Below are positions 1-11,935 of a stretch of DNA of 64,000 nucleotides, piece after piece. Positions within the stretch are counted from its first letter, which is position 1. Each line of letters begins with the position of its first letter. The notes beneath the pieces are model-generated. The model was not told the origin of the DNA, made no database searches, and saw nothing but the letters and a program-made list of their open reading frames with translations. A program made the position numbers and the translations under genes. Source of the stretch: Carpediemonas membranifera BICM (lineage: Eukaryota > Protista > Fornicata); the NCBI GenBank assembly GCA_019828565.1, contig JAHDYR010000013.1, positions 248,001-312,000 on the forward strand, read 5' to 3'.

Positions 1-388
1 CACGGTCTTCGCCCGCTTAACAGAGTCCGCGGCTGGGACCTGGGGCTCTGCGTTCACGGCCTTGCGTGTAAGGTTCGGCTTGGCCTGGCCGGCGGAGCGA
101 GGAACCTCCTTGCTTTCCTCCTCGAATCCCACGTCAGCGTCATCCATCTCCGCATCAGGGATCTCATCCATCGGGTCGTATTGCATGTCTTCGAACCAGC
201 GGACGAGACGGCTGCGGAATTTCCTTATCACAAGATCTTGTTTCCTTATCTTCTGTTCCTTTTCCTTCAGAAGAAGCAGGAGCCGCATGTTGTGTTCTAG
301 CAGGTTATCCTGCTTGGCTCGCATCTCAAGGTTGTTCTGAACCAATGCTTCCATCAAGATCTCCCTCTTGGCCAAGTTCTCATCGCAG
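1..388 (-). CDS. Partial hypothetical coiled-coil/acidic protein running off the window edge
   Basis: Open minus-strand frame (…EILMEALVQNNLEMRAKQDNLLEHNMRLLLLLKEKEQKIRKQ…EMDDADVGFEEES…) with no stop before position 1. Start not determined. Confidence 0.5.
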
Positions 389-1454
389 CAGATTTAGTGG
401 GAATTTAGTGTACAGCTTTCAACCCTCGAACTCACGCTCTAACCTCTCGTCATTCATTGAGCGACACATGATCTTGCTCCTTATTGTGACTTGCTAATTC
501 TGGGATGTGCCCAAGTTGGTCGCGCAATCCCAGCGACAGCTCTCACAGCACGGCCGATGGCGTCTGCTTCTGTGATGACGCCGGCCAGTGGTTCAGGGTG
601 AAGCGACAGTCTGGTGGCGTGGCGAAGATGGCGAGGGCCGGGGCGAGGGAGGAGTGCGAGTGTGTCGTGCCAGTTGACATCGAGCCGGGCGACGACGTGC
701 GGTAAATGTCGGATGAAGAATCAACGTTAGCCGATTTACGACGGGCGGGGTCGACTCCGCTCTGTCTCTGCTGCAGCATGGTAGACCCAGTCGAGTCAAG
801 GGCCTCACTTCCCATGCTGTTTGCCGGCGTGCCAGCAGGCAGAGTCATGGCATGTCTGACGGGTTGTCAGGCCATGGTCAGACGGCCAGTGGTCCTCTGT
901 GTTGCACAAGTGAGTGGGATCTGCCGTGGTGCTGGATGAATCGAAATGGGCCACGAATGGAATGAACAGCAGTCAACAACGGTCTCATTCAAGAATCCGA
1001 GCAACGCTGACATGTACTACTGATTTACACGACCATCGTGCCACTGTTCCCTTTTGCAGGTCGGCTATCAAAGGCCCTCGGGGAAGCCGACTTCATTCTC
1101 ATCTCTTTCTGAAACGAGGCCGCAATGAGGGGCCCCACATGCGCTCTTATACATATTTTTCTGTGTTTCCCATGAGCTATTGGATGATTGAGAAGTCGCG
1201 AGTCATATCGAGTCAGATCTCAAATCAATCACAAGGAAAAACCCCCAGAGGAGGCAGTCAAATCTCACGCCTGGCGTTCAGCGGTCAATAGCTGTCTGGT
1301 TGTGGACAAGGCAGGGTGTTTGATGAATGGACTCAATGGCGACTGACAAATCCAACCCCAGTCAAGCAGGACATGTGACATCAAGTTGCATGATCGTGTG
1401 GCACATGACAATTCCACGTCACTTCATAGAAGCACTCCCCGTCCCACACCGTAC

Positions 1455-1904
1455 TCACGCCCTGACGTTCATCATGAACTCGGCCATGTTGGCTATCCCC
1501 CTGCCCCTGCTGCTCTCCGTGGCAACCCGCTCGATGATGTTGATCCACTCCTGCTTGCTGCGGGCGTCTGAGAGATAGACCCTGGTGTTGTCCCCAGAGC
1601 CAATGTCCACCTGAATGTGGTTCTCCCGGTAGAAGAAGATGACGCAGGGGCCAAGGAACTCGTCGATCTCGAAGCTGTCGTTGAAGTCCTTGACCTTGTC
1701 CGTGTCGACGGCGAAGATGGAGGCATGGTTGGCGAGCATCGGCTGGATAGAACCAAGAATGTGGTCAAGCATACTAGTCGTTTCATCAGCCATGTTTCCA
1801 AAACGCAGGCACACAACTGTGGATTTGTGGTACAAAACGTCCTGCTTAACTTGGTATGCGCTCTTCAAGTGGCGGAGACCATGCTCGTCGCGTGTTTCGG
1901 CCAT
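1455..1904 (-). CDS. DIM1: Dim1/TXNL4 thioredoxin-like U5 snRNP protein
   Basis: From ATG 1904: HLKSAYQV…VVCLRFG…IFAVD…VKDFN…IFFYRENHIQVDIGSGDN…KQEWINIIE…RGRG, colinear with Dim1/Dib1 family motifs. Confidence 0.85.
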   Translation of the reverse strand: MAETRDEHGLRHLKSAYQVKQDVLYHKSTVVCLRFGNMADETTSMLDHILGSIQPMLANHASIFAVDTDKVKDFNDSFEIDEFLGPCVIFFYRENHIQVDIGSGDNTRVYLSDARSKQEWINIIERVATESSRGRGIANMAEFMMNVRA

Positions 1905-2049
1905 CGTAGTCTTTCCTAGCTGTGAGGACAGTTTTGTTTGCATCACTAGTCCCAAAGAGGAAAATTTGGCTTCGATCGTTCGATCAATAAACATAAACTG
2001 CGCTCGAGTCAGTTCATCCGGCAAGGCCCAACGACTGCTGACCATCTCC

Positions 2050-3480
2050 TCAGAACATCACAAAGTCGTCTTCCTCCTCCATTTCCATCTCCAACTCTGG
2101 CTCCTGCTCCTCCTCCTGAGTTGCAGCCAGCGACTGACTCAAGGCAAAGGGAGACGACGCCGCAGACGACCCGTTGTGAGTAAAAGCTGATACGTCCTTG
2201 CGGAGGTACTCTACGAAGCTTGCTCGGTTCAGTGAGCGGGCTCTGGCGCTGAGGACGTTTTCCGCACTCTCTGCAGCAGACCCGCCGGCCAGACTGCGGC
2301 GGCCTCTCCGGCCGGAGGTGCCTTTTGCTCTGGTTGGTGCCATGAGTCTTCTGATGTACGCCTTCTGCTCATGAACCACCCACGTGGTCTCCTGCCGCTT
2401 GTAGAACGAAGACGGGTCCTCATCCTTCTCAATGAGCTGCCCCTGCATATCCAGCAGCAATGGATCGTCATCCACGGTCTCATCGTCCCACACGGTGTCG
2501 TGGAAGCTCTCCCCGGCCTGGTTGCGGGCAAGCATGGGGTCTGCGAGCACGGCCGCCATTTCCCTCATGTCCCGCGCCATACGACGACGCATGGCCGGTG
2601 CTGCGGCGTGCTCGAGCTCATCTGCCTTACAAGCCTGGAACTCACGCACGGTGAGGCCCGCGGTGGCCGTCTGGGAGAACTCTTGGAGCCTCTTATCGAT
2701 CGTCGTCGAGTGGACATGGACAACTTGCATGATCTCCTCCTGGGTACGCTCGAAGCCGTGTATACGAGCAGCTACGAATATAGCGGCGCCGCACAGGCCC
2801 GCAGGAGGTCTACCGATGTGCATGTAGTCGCGTTTCATGCTGGCGGCATAAGCTGGAGAGCGGTGGCGGTGACACGGCCCCTCATCTCGCCAAACTGGAG
2901 GGCTCCGACAAACCGGTTGATGTAGAATGACGGGTCAACGATTGGCACGTCAAGGTTAAATCGGCGAAGGAGTTTGAGAAAGCAGTTGCCGACGACAAAC
3001 ATGTTCATACGAAGTGCGTTGGAGAAGTCGATAAGCATGTGCTCCGTCTTGGACCGGCGGCAGAGCACATAGAGGCAGGCGGCGCTGACTACCTGGCTTG
3101 AGTGGCCACTGGTGAAGCCGCCGTTCAGCGCGATGAGGTAGAGCCGCTGGGCTGCGTCCACGAAGTTCTCGGAGATGCTGAGGCCGTCTGCGATCTGAGC
3201 CAGGCGTCGGCGGGCTGTGTAAGGCGGTGGAATGAGACATACAATTGGCTAGCGTCTGAGCGCTGCCGTCGGTCATTTCAGAGTTACCAGCGGCGATATC
3301 TCTGCGGATAAACTTGCCGACAACACCAGATCCTCCGCTGCCTTTGTCCGCAAAGGAAACCTCGTTCACAATGCGATCCTCCTCGAGGACATGGTGGCAC
3401 ACAGTGCAATACATGTTTCCAGCTGCTGCTTGCACCTGAAGAGTGCCAACAGAACCGCATCTTGGACAACCAGAACCCTT
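2050..3480 (-). CDS. BRF1: TFIIIB subunit BRF1 (Zn ribbon plus cyclin folds); one 28-nt intron (3215-3242), apparent 1-nt deletion near 2848, start uncertain
   Basis: CPRC…CTVC zinc ribbon, AACLYVLCR…HMLIDFS, VDPSFYINRF, MKRDYMHIGRPPAGLCGAA, TIDKRLQEF. Removing gtatgt…ttacacag joins QTLANS-RRRLAQIA in frame. Confidence 0.85.
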
Positions 3481-3561
3481 GGAGGTATGGCGTTGGCCAG
3501 TGTATGGACGCTGCAGACGACATTGGAGGAAAAAATGACAAGCATGAGCGCGTATGACCGT

Positions 3562-4320
3562 TTACTTCTTGCCGGAGTTGGCGAGGAAGGCGGAGTGCTT
3601 CTCGAGGAGACCGACCTCAGCCTTGGTGGCGGCCCACATGTCGGGGGTCAGGTAGCAGTAGGTCTTGGACAGGGCCTGGAAGGTAGCCGAGACGAAGTTG
3701 CCGAGAGTTCTGGTGGAACCAGAAGACTGGACGAAGACATCCTGGACACCGGCGAAGGCAAGAACCTTCTTGGCGGCGGGGGCGGCAACGATGCCGGAAC
3801 CGCGAGGAGCGGGGCAGAGACGGACGCGGACGGAGCCGGCCTTGCCAGTGACCTTCATGGGGACAGTGTGGGGGCCACCGATGTTACCGAAAGAGTAACC
3901 GAGACGGATGGGAACCATGTTGATCTTGCCAACGAGGATAGCGCCACGGATAGCGAGGGCAACCTCCTTAGCGACCTTGATGCCGAGGCCCATGTGGCGG
4001 TTGTGGTCACCAACGACGACGAAAGCCTTGAAGCGAGTGCGCTGGCCGGCAGTGGTCTGCTTCTGGACAGACATGACCTTGAGGACCTCCTCGGAGAGGG
4101 GCTCGTCCTTGAAGAAGTGATCGACGATCTGGTACTCCTTGATAGGCATGGAGTGAAGGAAGATCTCCTCCAGGCTCTTGATCTTGCCCTCCTTCACAAG
4201 GCGGCCAAGCTTAGTGGCGGGGATCCACTCCTCCTTGCGGGGACCACCACGCTGGGGGCGGCGGCCACCGAAACCAGTACGGGGACGGCGTTCGTTGGAA
4301 GCGGGAGCACCAGACTGCAT
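3562..4320 (-). CDS. RPS2: 40S ribosomal protein S2 (uS5)
   Basis: [51 protein letters not shown]. Confidence 0.97.
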   Translation of the reverse strand: MQSGAPASNERRPRTGFGGRRPQRGGPRKEEWIPATKLGRLVKEGKIKSLEEIFLHSMPIKEYQIVDHFFKDEPLSEEVLKVMSVQKQTTAGQRTRFKAFVVVGDHNRHMGLGIKVAKEVALAIRGAILVGKINMVPIRLGYSFGNIGGPHTVPMKVTGKAGSVRVRLCPAPRGSGIVAAPAAKKVLAFAGVQDVFVQSSGSTRTLGNFVSATFQALSKTYCYLTPDMWAATKAEVGLLEKHSAFLANSGKK

Positions 4321-4510
4321 TGCTATGTCCGTATCGCTACTTGCTGTTTTTTTTCTTGCAGCATTTCTTGACTGATCAACTCTGGCGCCTGGGTGACCCT
4401 CGGCCTTCGTCCTGGGTCAATATGAGCCGGAGACAGTGAATTATGAGTATTGGACCTTCATTCTCAATCTACGGACTGGCGGGCAGCGCAAAAGCATTCA
4501 ATCAAATGAT

Positions 4511-7111
4511 TTACTTCTTTGAGCGCCTGGATCCAGGCCTCTTACCATCAACCTCCATCTCGGGTACGACATAGTTCCTAGGCTCCCTCAGTGTCGTCAC
4601 CATCTCCCCAAACGCACAGGAAATGCCGGGCTCGCTACAGGTTGGGTCGAAGTCGAACTCTTCTTCGTCTGCAGCAATTGTCTCACACAGCACTGGCCCG
4701 AGGATAGGGTCGATCCGCATCTTGTTCGCCACGACTCGGCCAGAGTTGATTGAGTCAATTATCGACTCCAAAACGGCCTTGACGCCTTCCCTAAGATGAT
4801 CTCTTGCCACATTGATAGACTCGTTGATTGAATCAAAATGACTCTCCACAGTCGAGTTAAGCCAATCGAGCTCCGCGTCCAACCTCCCGCCATGCGACTT
4901 GATACGCTCCGCCGCATCAGTTTTGAATGATTCAAAGACTTCAGCCATCTCTGAGGCGACGTCTTCTGGGGTCGTGGGTACAGCATCCTTGCCCTTCGCC
5001 ACGGCGGTAGAGGGGCAGACGGCAGATCCCACAAGGGCCGATGCTGCCTCCAGCACGGCTGTTGTGGTGGTGAGCACAGGATCGCCTAGGTCGACCACCT
5101 TCCCCTTAGCCTGCGCGGGCTTCTCCTTACTCTCGACCGAAGCGAGTGACAACTTCTCTCCAGCGGCCGACCCCCACAGGCCGATGAGCTCTCTGAGCAC
5201 TGTATCAGCTTCTACTACGCGACTGGCCTCGGCCTTGATTGCAGCTGCAGCGGCGTTTGCCAAGGCGTGCGAGCTGTCCAGTGCCCAGGCAGGCATGTCG
5301 GCCCAAGCATCCTTGGCGTCCTGGCCCTGCTGGGTATCCAGCGTGTGCAGGTACGTCGCCTTATGCTCGGTAGACGCGCCTGATGTTGAGTATGCTGCGG
5401 CCATGACTGCGGCAGAGTCGGCATAGTGGTCATTGACACACGTGACGAGTGCATCGCGGAGCCCGAGGAGTTTGGCGAGGAACACAGAGGCCACGGCCGC
5501 TTCGGTCTTGAGGCGGGCGGGGACGTCATTCCACTCGCTCACAAACCCGTCGAGGGCGTCTGTGTAGCCTACCAACTCCCTTCTGCTGAATGCGGCCATC
5601 GCCTGCTCCATGGCATGCAGTACAGCTGACAAGCGGGCCCGAGCCTGGCCGGCAGTCTTCTCCAGACCATTGCGGGCTTCCAACTTGGCCATACTCCCAT
5701 TAAACCAGGCGCTAACCGCAGCTCCGATATCCTCGACTGGGTCACTGCCGAGCTTGAGCACGTGCACTGCCTTATCGGCGTCCTCAATGCTTTTCTGGAC
5801 AGGTGCCTCCTTACCCTCGCCGTCGTCACCCTCAGCAGCAGGCTTGGTCGCGCTGATCACATGACGGGTCAAGGACGGGCATACCTTAACGCGCTCGCCC
5901 TGCCACACGGCGAACTCGGCCTGGGCCCAGTCAGCTCTGGAGTTATCAGCGGTGAGGCGAGCCTCGCACGTGGTTAGGGTAGGAATGAGAGAGGAAATCT
6001 CGGAAATATCTACAGATTCAAAAACTGGAGGGTCGACCTTGTGGAATGAATCGTAGTATATCTCGAGATCGGACAGATCTTTGTCACATTTCGCGTGGAC
6101 CACAGCCATGCTGTTCGGTGCTGGGGCGAGCTCAGGGAGCGGCTTGGGCAATTCCTCGGGCACAGGGATAGTTCCAGTCTCGGTCCGGACGACGCCGACA
6201 GAGTGAGAAATCAATGCCTCGATGTCGGCCTTGCAGATGGTCACGGCTGTGAGTGAAGGGAGGCGGGGCGGGCTGTATAGCGGTGCCTGACCGTCTTGGG
6301 TGGGACATAGCGTCTGCTCAAGTGCCTCGGCCTGCTCTTTGGTGGCTGGGTAGCCGCACACCAGGACGCCTCGGTGGGGGGGAGCTTCCTCCTCGGAGTA
6401 GACGCGCTCCACAGCTCTAAGGGCACGCACGAATAGTGTGGCGATCCTAGCCTGGCCCTCCAGGTCGGTGGGCTCGGTCACGGCGTCGACCACCTCTTGC
6501 GGGACGTCAGCAGTGCCGTTGCCCTCGAGCAAATCGACAATGAGGGGAAGGTCAAGATAGACGAGCTGCTGCTCAGCACAGACAGTCTTAGCAAGCTCCT
6601 CGATGCCGCAGTGCGGAGGGCCAGTCAGCGCAGCGGCCACGAACCCAGGAACAAAGGGCGCGGGGCCCGGAACAGCGGGGGGGAAGGCGAGCAGGCTCAG
6701 ACGCTCCATGAGGGGGAGGATCGGGCATTCTTGAGGGTCCGTGCATGCAGTTGGGACCGCCTTATCCTCCGAGGAAGCCTCCGGGGAGTCCTGCAGCTGA
6801 GCGCTGAGCTCGTTGTATATTTGCCGAATATGGTCCTTCATGTCACGAGCACGGAGCCTGAAGCCGATACAATCGGCATCAAAGCGGAGAGACTCGTGCT
6901 CTTCCCACTCACGGGCCTTCTCTTCGCACTGGGCGGTGCGGAGCTCTCTGTTCTCAATCATCTTGTCCTTTTCCAGTTCAACCTCCAGCAGGCGGGCGCA
7001 TAGACGCCGTTCTGCTTCTGATTGCCGAAAGAGAGCGTTCAATACCTTCTGCTCGGCAGCCATGATGCGTTCGTCAAATTTTGGAGAGAGGAACATGTTG
7101 GCATGTAACAC
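4511..7111 (-). CDS. SPEF2/CPC1-like flagellar central-pair protein with degenerate adenylate-kinase domain; 5' end uncertain
   Basis: RQSEAERRLCARLLEVELEKDKMIENRELR coiled coil, degenerate P-loop (LTGPPHCG) and GVLVCGYPATKEQAEALE resemble SPEF2. Confidence 0.6.
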   Translation of the reverse strand: MLHANMFLSPKFDERIMAAEQKVLNALFRQSEAERRLCARLLEVELEKDKMIENRELRTAQCEEKAREWEEHESLRFDADCIGFRLRARDMKDHIRQIYNELSAQLQDSPEASSEDKAVPTACTDPQECPILPLMERLSLLAFPPAVPGPAPFVPGFVAAALTGPPHCGIEELAKTVCAEQQLVYLDLPLIVDLLEGNGTADVPQEVVDAVTEPTDLEGQARIATLFVRALRAVERVYSEEEAPPHRGVLVCGYPATKEQAEALEQTLCPTQDGQAPLYSPPRLPSLTAVTICKADIEALISHSVGVVRTETGTIPVPEELPKPLPELAPAPNSMAVVHAKCDKDLSDLEIYYDSFHKVDPPVFESVDISEISSLIPTLTTCEARLTADNSRADWAQAEFAVWQGERVKVCPSLTRHVISATKPAAEGDDGEGKEAPVQKSIEDADKAVHVLKLGSDPVEDIGAAVSAWFNGSMAKLEARNGLEKTAGQARARLSAVLHAMEQAMAAFSRRELVGYTDALDGFVSEWNDVPARLKTEAAVASVFLAKLLGLRDALVTCVNDHYADSAAVMAAAYSTSGASTEHKATYLHTLDTQQGQDAKDAWADMPAWALDSSHALANAAAAAIKAEASRVVEADTVLRELIGLWGSAAGEKLSLASVESKEKPAQAKGKVVDLGDPVLTTTTAVLEAASALVGSAVCPSTAVAKGKDAVPTTPEDVASEMAEVFESFKTDAAERIKSHGGRLDAELDWLNSTVESHFDSINESINVARDHLREGVKAVLESIIDSINSGRVVANKMRIDPILGPVLCETIAADEEEFDFDPTCSEPGISCAFGEMVTTLREPRNYVVPEMEVDGKRPGSRRSKK

Positions 7112-7371
7112 AGTAAATGGCCTTGGTGGGTCAGAATGACCGTGAGGGAGTAGAGATAGAGCCGAGAAAGCGTAGTAAGCAAGGGCTTTGTTCCAGGGTT
7201 GGCTGACTCCCCACAGCGAAGAAGAAGGCGAGACGACACTCCTGGAGCAACCAACGGGACAGCTAGCGACGCCTATGGCTCAGAACACTCCAGTCCTGCT
7301 CTTGCCACCTGCATCGTAGTGGTGGCAACAGAGATGGGTCAGAAAACGACAATTTACAGGCATAGCTGTGC

Positions 7372-7602
7372 TTAACCACCACGAAGGGACAGGACAAGGT
7401 GGAGAACATTGCCACCTTCAAGGCCAACAGCCTTAGCGACCTCATCGTCAGCAATAGGCCGGCCATTGAAGATAAGCTTCTGCTGATCCGGGGGGATGCC
7501 TTCACGCTGCTCGATCTTCTGCTTAACAGTGAGGAACTTGTCTGTCTCATCGACATCGAGTTCCATCTGGTTGCCGCCAATGCTCTTCACGTATATCAAC
7601 AT
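7372..7602 (-). CDS. NEDD8: NEDD8/Rub1 ubiquitin-like modifier (76 aa)
   Basis: MLIYVKS…REGIPPDQQKLIF…GGNVLHLVLSLRGG-stop; residue 72 is not Arg, as in NEDD8 rather than ubiquitin. Confidence 0.88.
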   Translation of the reverse strand: MLIYVKSIGGNQMELDVDETDKFLTVKQKIEQREGIPPDQQKLIFNGRPIADDEVAKAVGLEGGNVLHLVLSLRGG

Positions 7603-7790
7603 CAAACTGGCCAAGTGCTTTCCGATTTATCGTTTACCGCCTGGTCATCGTGACAATCGAGCATGCATGAGCTAGAGACGGCGAGGTCCCCATGTAAAGC
7701 TGTCTCATGTCCTTCAGTGACGTGAGGCTATCAGCCGAGCTGACGGTATTAGGACCCTCATAGTGTTTAAATAAGGCAAGCTCGCGTCCC

Positions 7791-8272
7791 TCATCTGCGC
7801 TTGCGGGGCTTCTTTGGCTTGTTCGATGCCGCCTTCTTGCCCTGCCCCTTGCCCTTGGCCTGCGGTTGTCCCTTCCTAGCAGCCGCCGCAGCCGCTGCAG
7901 CGGCCTCAGCACGCTCGGTCTGGATTGCCTTCATGGCGTCAGCAACGGCGAAGTAGAACTGCAGCTCTGTGTGAGACGGGGAGGCTGAACAAACTGGAGG
8001 TGAAGCTGTCGTTGCCCTCAAGAGAGAAGCGGATGCGGCCGCTAGTGAAGAAATCAGCGGGATGCCTCTTATTTGGCTGTGTGAGTTGATCTGTCGGAAG
8101 GATGTACCTCTTCGTGAAAGTTGACGCCAGTTTTCTTCACGCCATCAAGCAGGAGGTTGTAGTCTGGGTTCTGGACGGCCTTTCCCTTGGTAACGATCCT
8201 ATAGCGGCTTGTTCTAGCCACATCGAAGTTGATAGGCCACAACACACGCCACCGAGCCCATTCCTCTGACAT
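7791..8272 (-). CDS. SRP19: Signal recognition particle 19 kDa protein, two introns (8077-8107, 7967-7994)
   Basis: Spliced product WRVLWPINFD…KAVQNP…EE-PNKRHPADFFTSGRIRFSL…S-KLQFYFAVA…, ending in a basic KKPRKRR tail. Both introns are GT…TCACACAG and restore frame. Confidence 0.8.
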
Positions 8273-8474
8273 GGTTCTAGTTCGTGTCGACCCATACATG
8301 ACCGGTATAACTGACATAAATGAACCAGAGACCCTAGACACGTCTGGCCATGGCTGCTCGGGCGATACGGCTTCATTTTCGGCCAGAAAGATCGTGCATT
8401 TTCTCTATTGCCGCACTCCATAAAGCCAGGTGTGTCGTTGGACCCTACACAACTTACCGGCGGGAACCATTTAC

Positions 8475-8930
8475 TTAGGCGACGATCTGGTTAGCAGTGG
8501 CAGCCTCGTACTTGAAGGAGGGAGCAACCTTCTTGGTGGCGCGGTAGTAGCGGGAAAGACGGTGGATACGGCTCTCGATAAGGATGAGTCTGTACTTGCT
8601 GTCCTTGTCGCGGGGGTTGCGCTCAATGTGCTTACGGATAGAGACGGCGCGCTTGATCATCATGTAGAGGTCCTCGGGGATCTCGGGAGCAAGGCCCTGG
8701 GAGCGAAGCATACGGACGATCTTGTTGCCAGTAACGGCGTGGATCTGGCCAACACCGTGCTGATCACGAAGGATGGTGCCAATGCGGGAAGGGTTCACGC
8801 CCTTGCGAGCCATACCAGCGATGATGGTGTTGAGCTCCTCGGTGGTCATCTTGGCCCACTCAGGAGCGGAGCGGTTGTACGGAATGGCGGACTGCGCCAC
8901 TCCCTTACCGTTAGAATGCATCCTGCCCAT
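8475..8930 (-). CDS. RPS13: 40S ribosomal protein S13 (uS15)
   Basis: [10 protein letters not shown]…PEIPEDLY…[22 protein letters not shown], 151 aa. Confidence 0.98.
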   Translation of the reverse strand: MGRMHSNGKGVAQSAIPYNRSAPEWAKMTTEELNTIIAGMARKGVNPSRIGTILRDQHGVGQIHAVTGNKIVRMLRSQGLAPEIPEDLYMMIKRAVSIRKHIERNPRDKDSKYRLILIESRIHRLSRYYRATKKVAPSFKYEAATANQIVA

Positions 8931-9202
8931 CTTCTTCGAACGCTAAGCAACGGAGCTTTTTTTCACGAAAAAAATGTGAGTGAAAAAAAGCTGAAGCACG
9001 TGCAGATTATGTTTAGAGGACCTTCTGGGTGCTACCGCGCGAAATTGATGCAAGTTTGTGCTTGAGCCTGGAATAAATATGAGCAGCGTGACATAAACTA
9101 GGGATGAAGACCGCCAACTGGACTTGTCTGGCAGCCCAATTGGTGAGTGATTCCGGACACCAAAATACGCAAACACATCCGTTAGACGATTTATGGCCGA
9201 AA

Positions 9203-9829
9203 TTAGAAGCCAAGAGGGCCGTGGGTAGAGACAGCGATGGCGTGGCAGCCGTCGGGGATGATCTTACCCTCCTCACGGAGCGTGGTGTACTCCTCCTTCT
9301 TGTACTTGGTGAAGCCCCACTTGTCAGAGATGACGATCTCCTGGTAGCCGGGGAACTTGTACTTGGCACGGCGGAAAGCCTCCTGGACGAAGGGGACAGT
9401 CTTCTCACCGCAACGGACAGACATGAGGGGCTGGCCGATGTTCACGCGAGCAACGAGGCCCTGGGGCTTGCCCCAGGCGTGACGCATGCCGGTCTGGAGA
9501 CGATCAGCGCCAGCGCAGGTAAGCATCTTGTTGATGCGGAGAACGTGGAAGGGGTGGATGCGGATACGCATGTGGAAAGCCTCCTTGCCGCAGTTAGTAA
9601 CGAGGTACTTGTTGCAGGAGATACGGGAAGCCTCAAGAGCCTCAGAGGAGATCTGCTCCTTCTCACGGGAGACCATGTGGACGCAGCAGGGGAAGTCGTC
9701 GACGTGAGCAGACTTGCGGCCAAGATCGTAGATGCGGAGCTTCCCATCGGGGACACCACGGTTGAAACGAGACTTGGGGAAAGGCTTGTTCTTGCAGCAA
9801 CGGTAGCAACGAGCAGGACGGCGACCCAT
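9203..9829 (-). CDS. RPL10: 60S ribosomal protein L10 (uL16)
   Basis: [10 protein letters not shown]…[25 protein letters not shown]. Confidence 0.98.
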   Translation of the reverse strand: MGRRPARCYRCCKNKPFPKSRFNRGVPDGKLRIYDLGRKSAHVDDFPCCVHMVSREKEQISSEALEASRISCNKYLVTNCGKEAFHMRIRIHPFHVLRINKMLTCAGADRLQTGMRHAWGKPQGLVARVNIGQPLMSVRCGEKTVPFVQEAFRRAKYKFPGYQEIVISDKWGFTKYKKEEYTTLREEGKIIPDGCHAIAVSTHGPLGF

Positions 9830-10125
9830 CTCTACAAGATGTTATATAATGCCTAATATCTCTTAGAAGGCAAGAGATGGCCTGGTAACGAACACTTGAC
9901 GAACACGACGAATCTGACTTGCACTTTATGTCACGTTTTTCGCCGTTTTTCTCCAGAACCGCGCACATCCAACCCATGAAACCAGCCATTCATCCATATA
10001 TCAGACCAAGCTGTGTGCTCCCATCATTTTGTTCTCGAAACAACTCATCTTTTACCCACAATCACATCCTCACTGAATCAAGTTGTGACCCACGAGAATC
10101 AAATTTCTCTAAAAAAAATACGAAG

Positions 10126-11414
10126 TTAGTGGCCGGCCTGGGCGATGTTCTTGCCCTTGGGCTGGCTGATATTCTTGAGCATCTCGTTGAACCAGGCAGT
10201 CTCGATGTTGAAGGGCTTGCCGCCGGCGATACGGGGGAACTCGCAGGCCTTGAGGATGTTGCTGTCGTTCTCGTCGTGGCCAATGACGCCGGGCTTGCCA
10301 GCGATGGCGCAGTCGACAGCAAGGTCAGTGCAGGACTTGATGAGGCGGAGGTCGTCAGCGTTGGCTGGGGCGGCGCGAGCGAAGTAGCCAGACTTCTGGA
10401 CCATGACCTTCTCAGCACCGAGCATCTTGGCGAACTGGTCGCCGAACCACTTGCCGGGGTTGACGGCGTCGAGCTTGATGTGACCGAAGGCGTCGCGTGG
10501 GACAGCCTGGCCAGCCGCCTCCATCTCCTTGACGATGGTGTCAACACCGGCGCCCTCTGAGATGAAGATGTTGACGTTGTCGATCTCGTCCATGACCTTC
10601 TTGAGGCGCTCGGCCTCGGCCTTGATGTCGACCTCCATCTCGGGGATGAAGACTGCATGGACGTCCTTGCGCGCCTGGGTCAGTCCGAGGCCCTCAGCCC
10701 ACTTGAGCGTGGCGAGACGCTCGCGGTATTTGGCAGCGGTCGCGGCAGTGAGCCAGCCGCAGTTGCGGCCCATGACCTCGTGGATGATCAGCATGCGGGG
10801 GTTAGCGTTGTGTTCACCGACGACGTTCTCGAAGAACTTGGCGCCCTCCTCCGCGGCTGTCCAGGCGCCGAGAGACTGGCGGATGGGGTAGACGTCGTTG
10901 TCGATGGTCTTGGGGAGGCCGACAACAGTGAGAGGGTAGTCGTTCTCGGCAAGGTAGGCGGCCAGGTCAGCAGCGGTGGTGTTGGTGTCATCACCGCCGA
11001 TGGTGTGGAGGACATCGACCCTGTCCTTGGTGAGCTGCTCGGCGGCAACCTTAAGAGGGTCCTCGCCCTCCTTCACGAGGCCGCGCTTCACGCAATCAGC
11101 AACGTTGGTGAGCTTGACGCGGGAGTTGCCGATGGGGGAGCCGCCGTGGAGGTGGAGTAGGGGCAGCCTGGCGCATCTCGTCAGAGACAAGGATGTAGTC
11201 GCCAAGAAGAAGGCCCTTGTAGCCAGAGACGTAGCAAATGATCTGGATTAGTGGATATTGAGTGCTGGCGTGTTTAGGAGGCACCAGAATGGCGACAAAC
11301 CTCGATCTTGGGGTACAGCTCAGTGTATCGCTCAATGAGACCACCGATGGCGGAAGAGAGGCAAGGAGCAAGGCCACCAGCGGTAAGGATAGCAACGCGG
11401 TTGACGGAAGGCAT
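10126..11414 (-). CDS. pfp: Pyrophosphate-dependent phosphofructokinase, bacterial clade-P type; 58-nt intron (11243-11300), apparent 1-nt deletion near 11163
   Basis: VAILTAGGLAPCLSSAI, GGSPIGNSRVKLTN, TIGGDDT (PPi-type GGDD), PKTIDND, HEVMGRNCG, QKSGYFAR. Confidence 0.92.
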
Positions 11415-11935
11415 TTTCGTTTGAATGCTTGATGTCTTGGCAAGATCTCCCCCGAATCAGACAGAATCAGGTCGATTTCATCCCATCATAGAACCCATCA
11501 CCGTTCTCCCCGCCCCTAAAACTGCCAGAAGACCCGGCTCCCAGATCCCTCGCATAAACGCAGTTTGATCAAAACTGACAATTCGAAAGAATGCCCCGCA
11601 ATTTCTCGCTCAGGCCGGATCAGATCTGCTTTTGCTCACGACAGATACATAGCAGGCATATATCTCAGATCCGACCTATTTTTCAGGCTTGCAGTCGCTA
11701 TAGCACGAGTTTGACGAATCTGACGGATTTGCCACGGCGTTGTTCAAGCAGTGAGTTAAGCGGCAAAAAGCAAGATTAGACTCAGCCTAGTATTCTCCGC
11801 ACGACAGTCTAAGACAGGGATAAACCAGTCATCACAGTCAAGCGAGTCAAATCCTCCATAATTGACTTTTCCTGTGCGCACCGAGGAAACACAATAACCG
11901 CCACCATTTACCCGACCAACGTCTCGAGAACCGCA

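Noticed and set aside
400-1450. Short ORFs on both strands
   Set aside because: No recognisable motif or consistent coding frame.
3391-4371. 326-aa plus-strand ORF (likewise 8430-9065, 9104-9856, 22884-23864)
   Set aside because: Antisense shadows of conserved genes with strong codon bias; no motifs of their own.
10126-11414. Bacterial contamination or prophage (bacterial-type PFK, integrase-like YRs)
   Set aside because: PFK has a spliceosomal intron among eukaryotic genes; the YRs sit in DIRS context with no phage genes.
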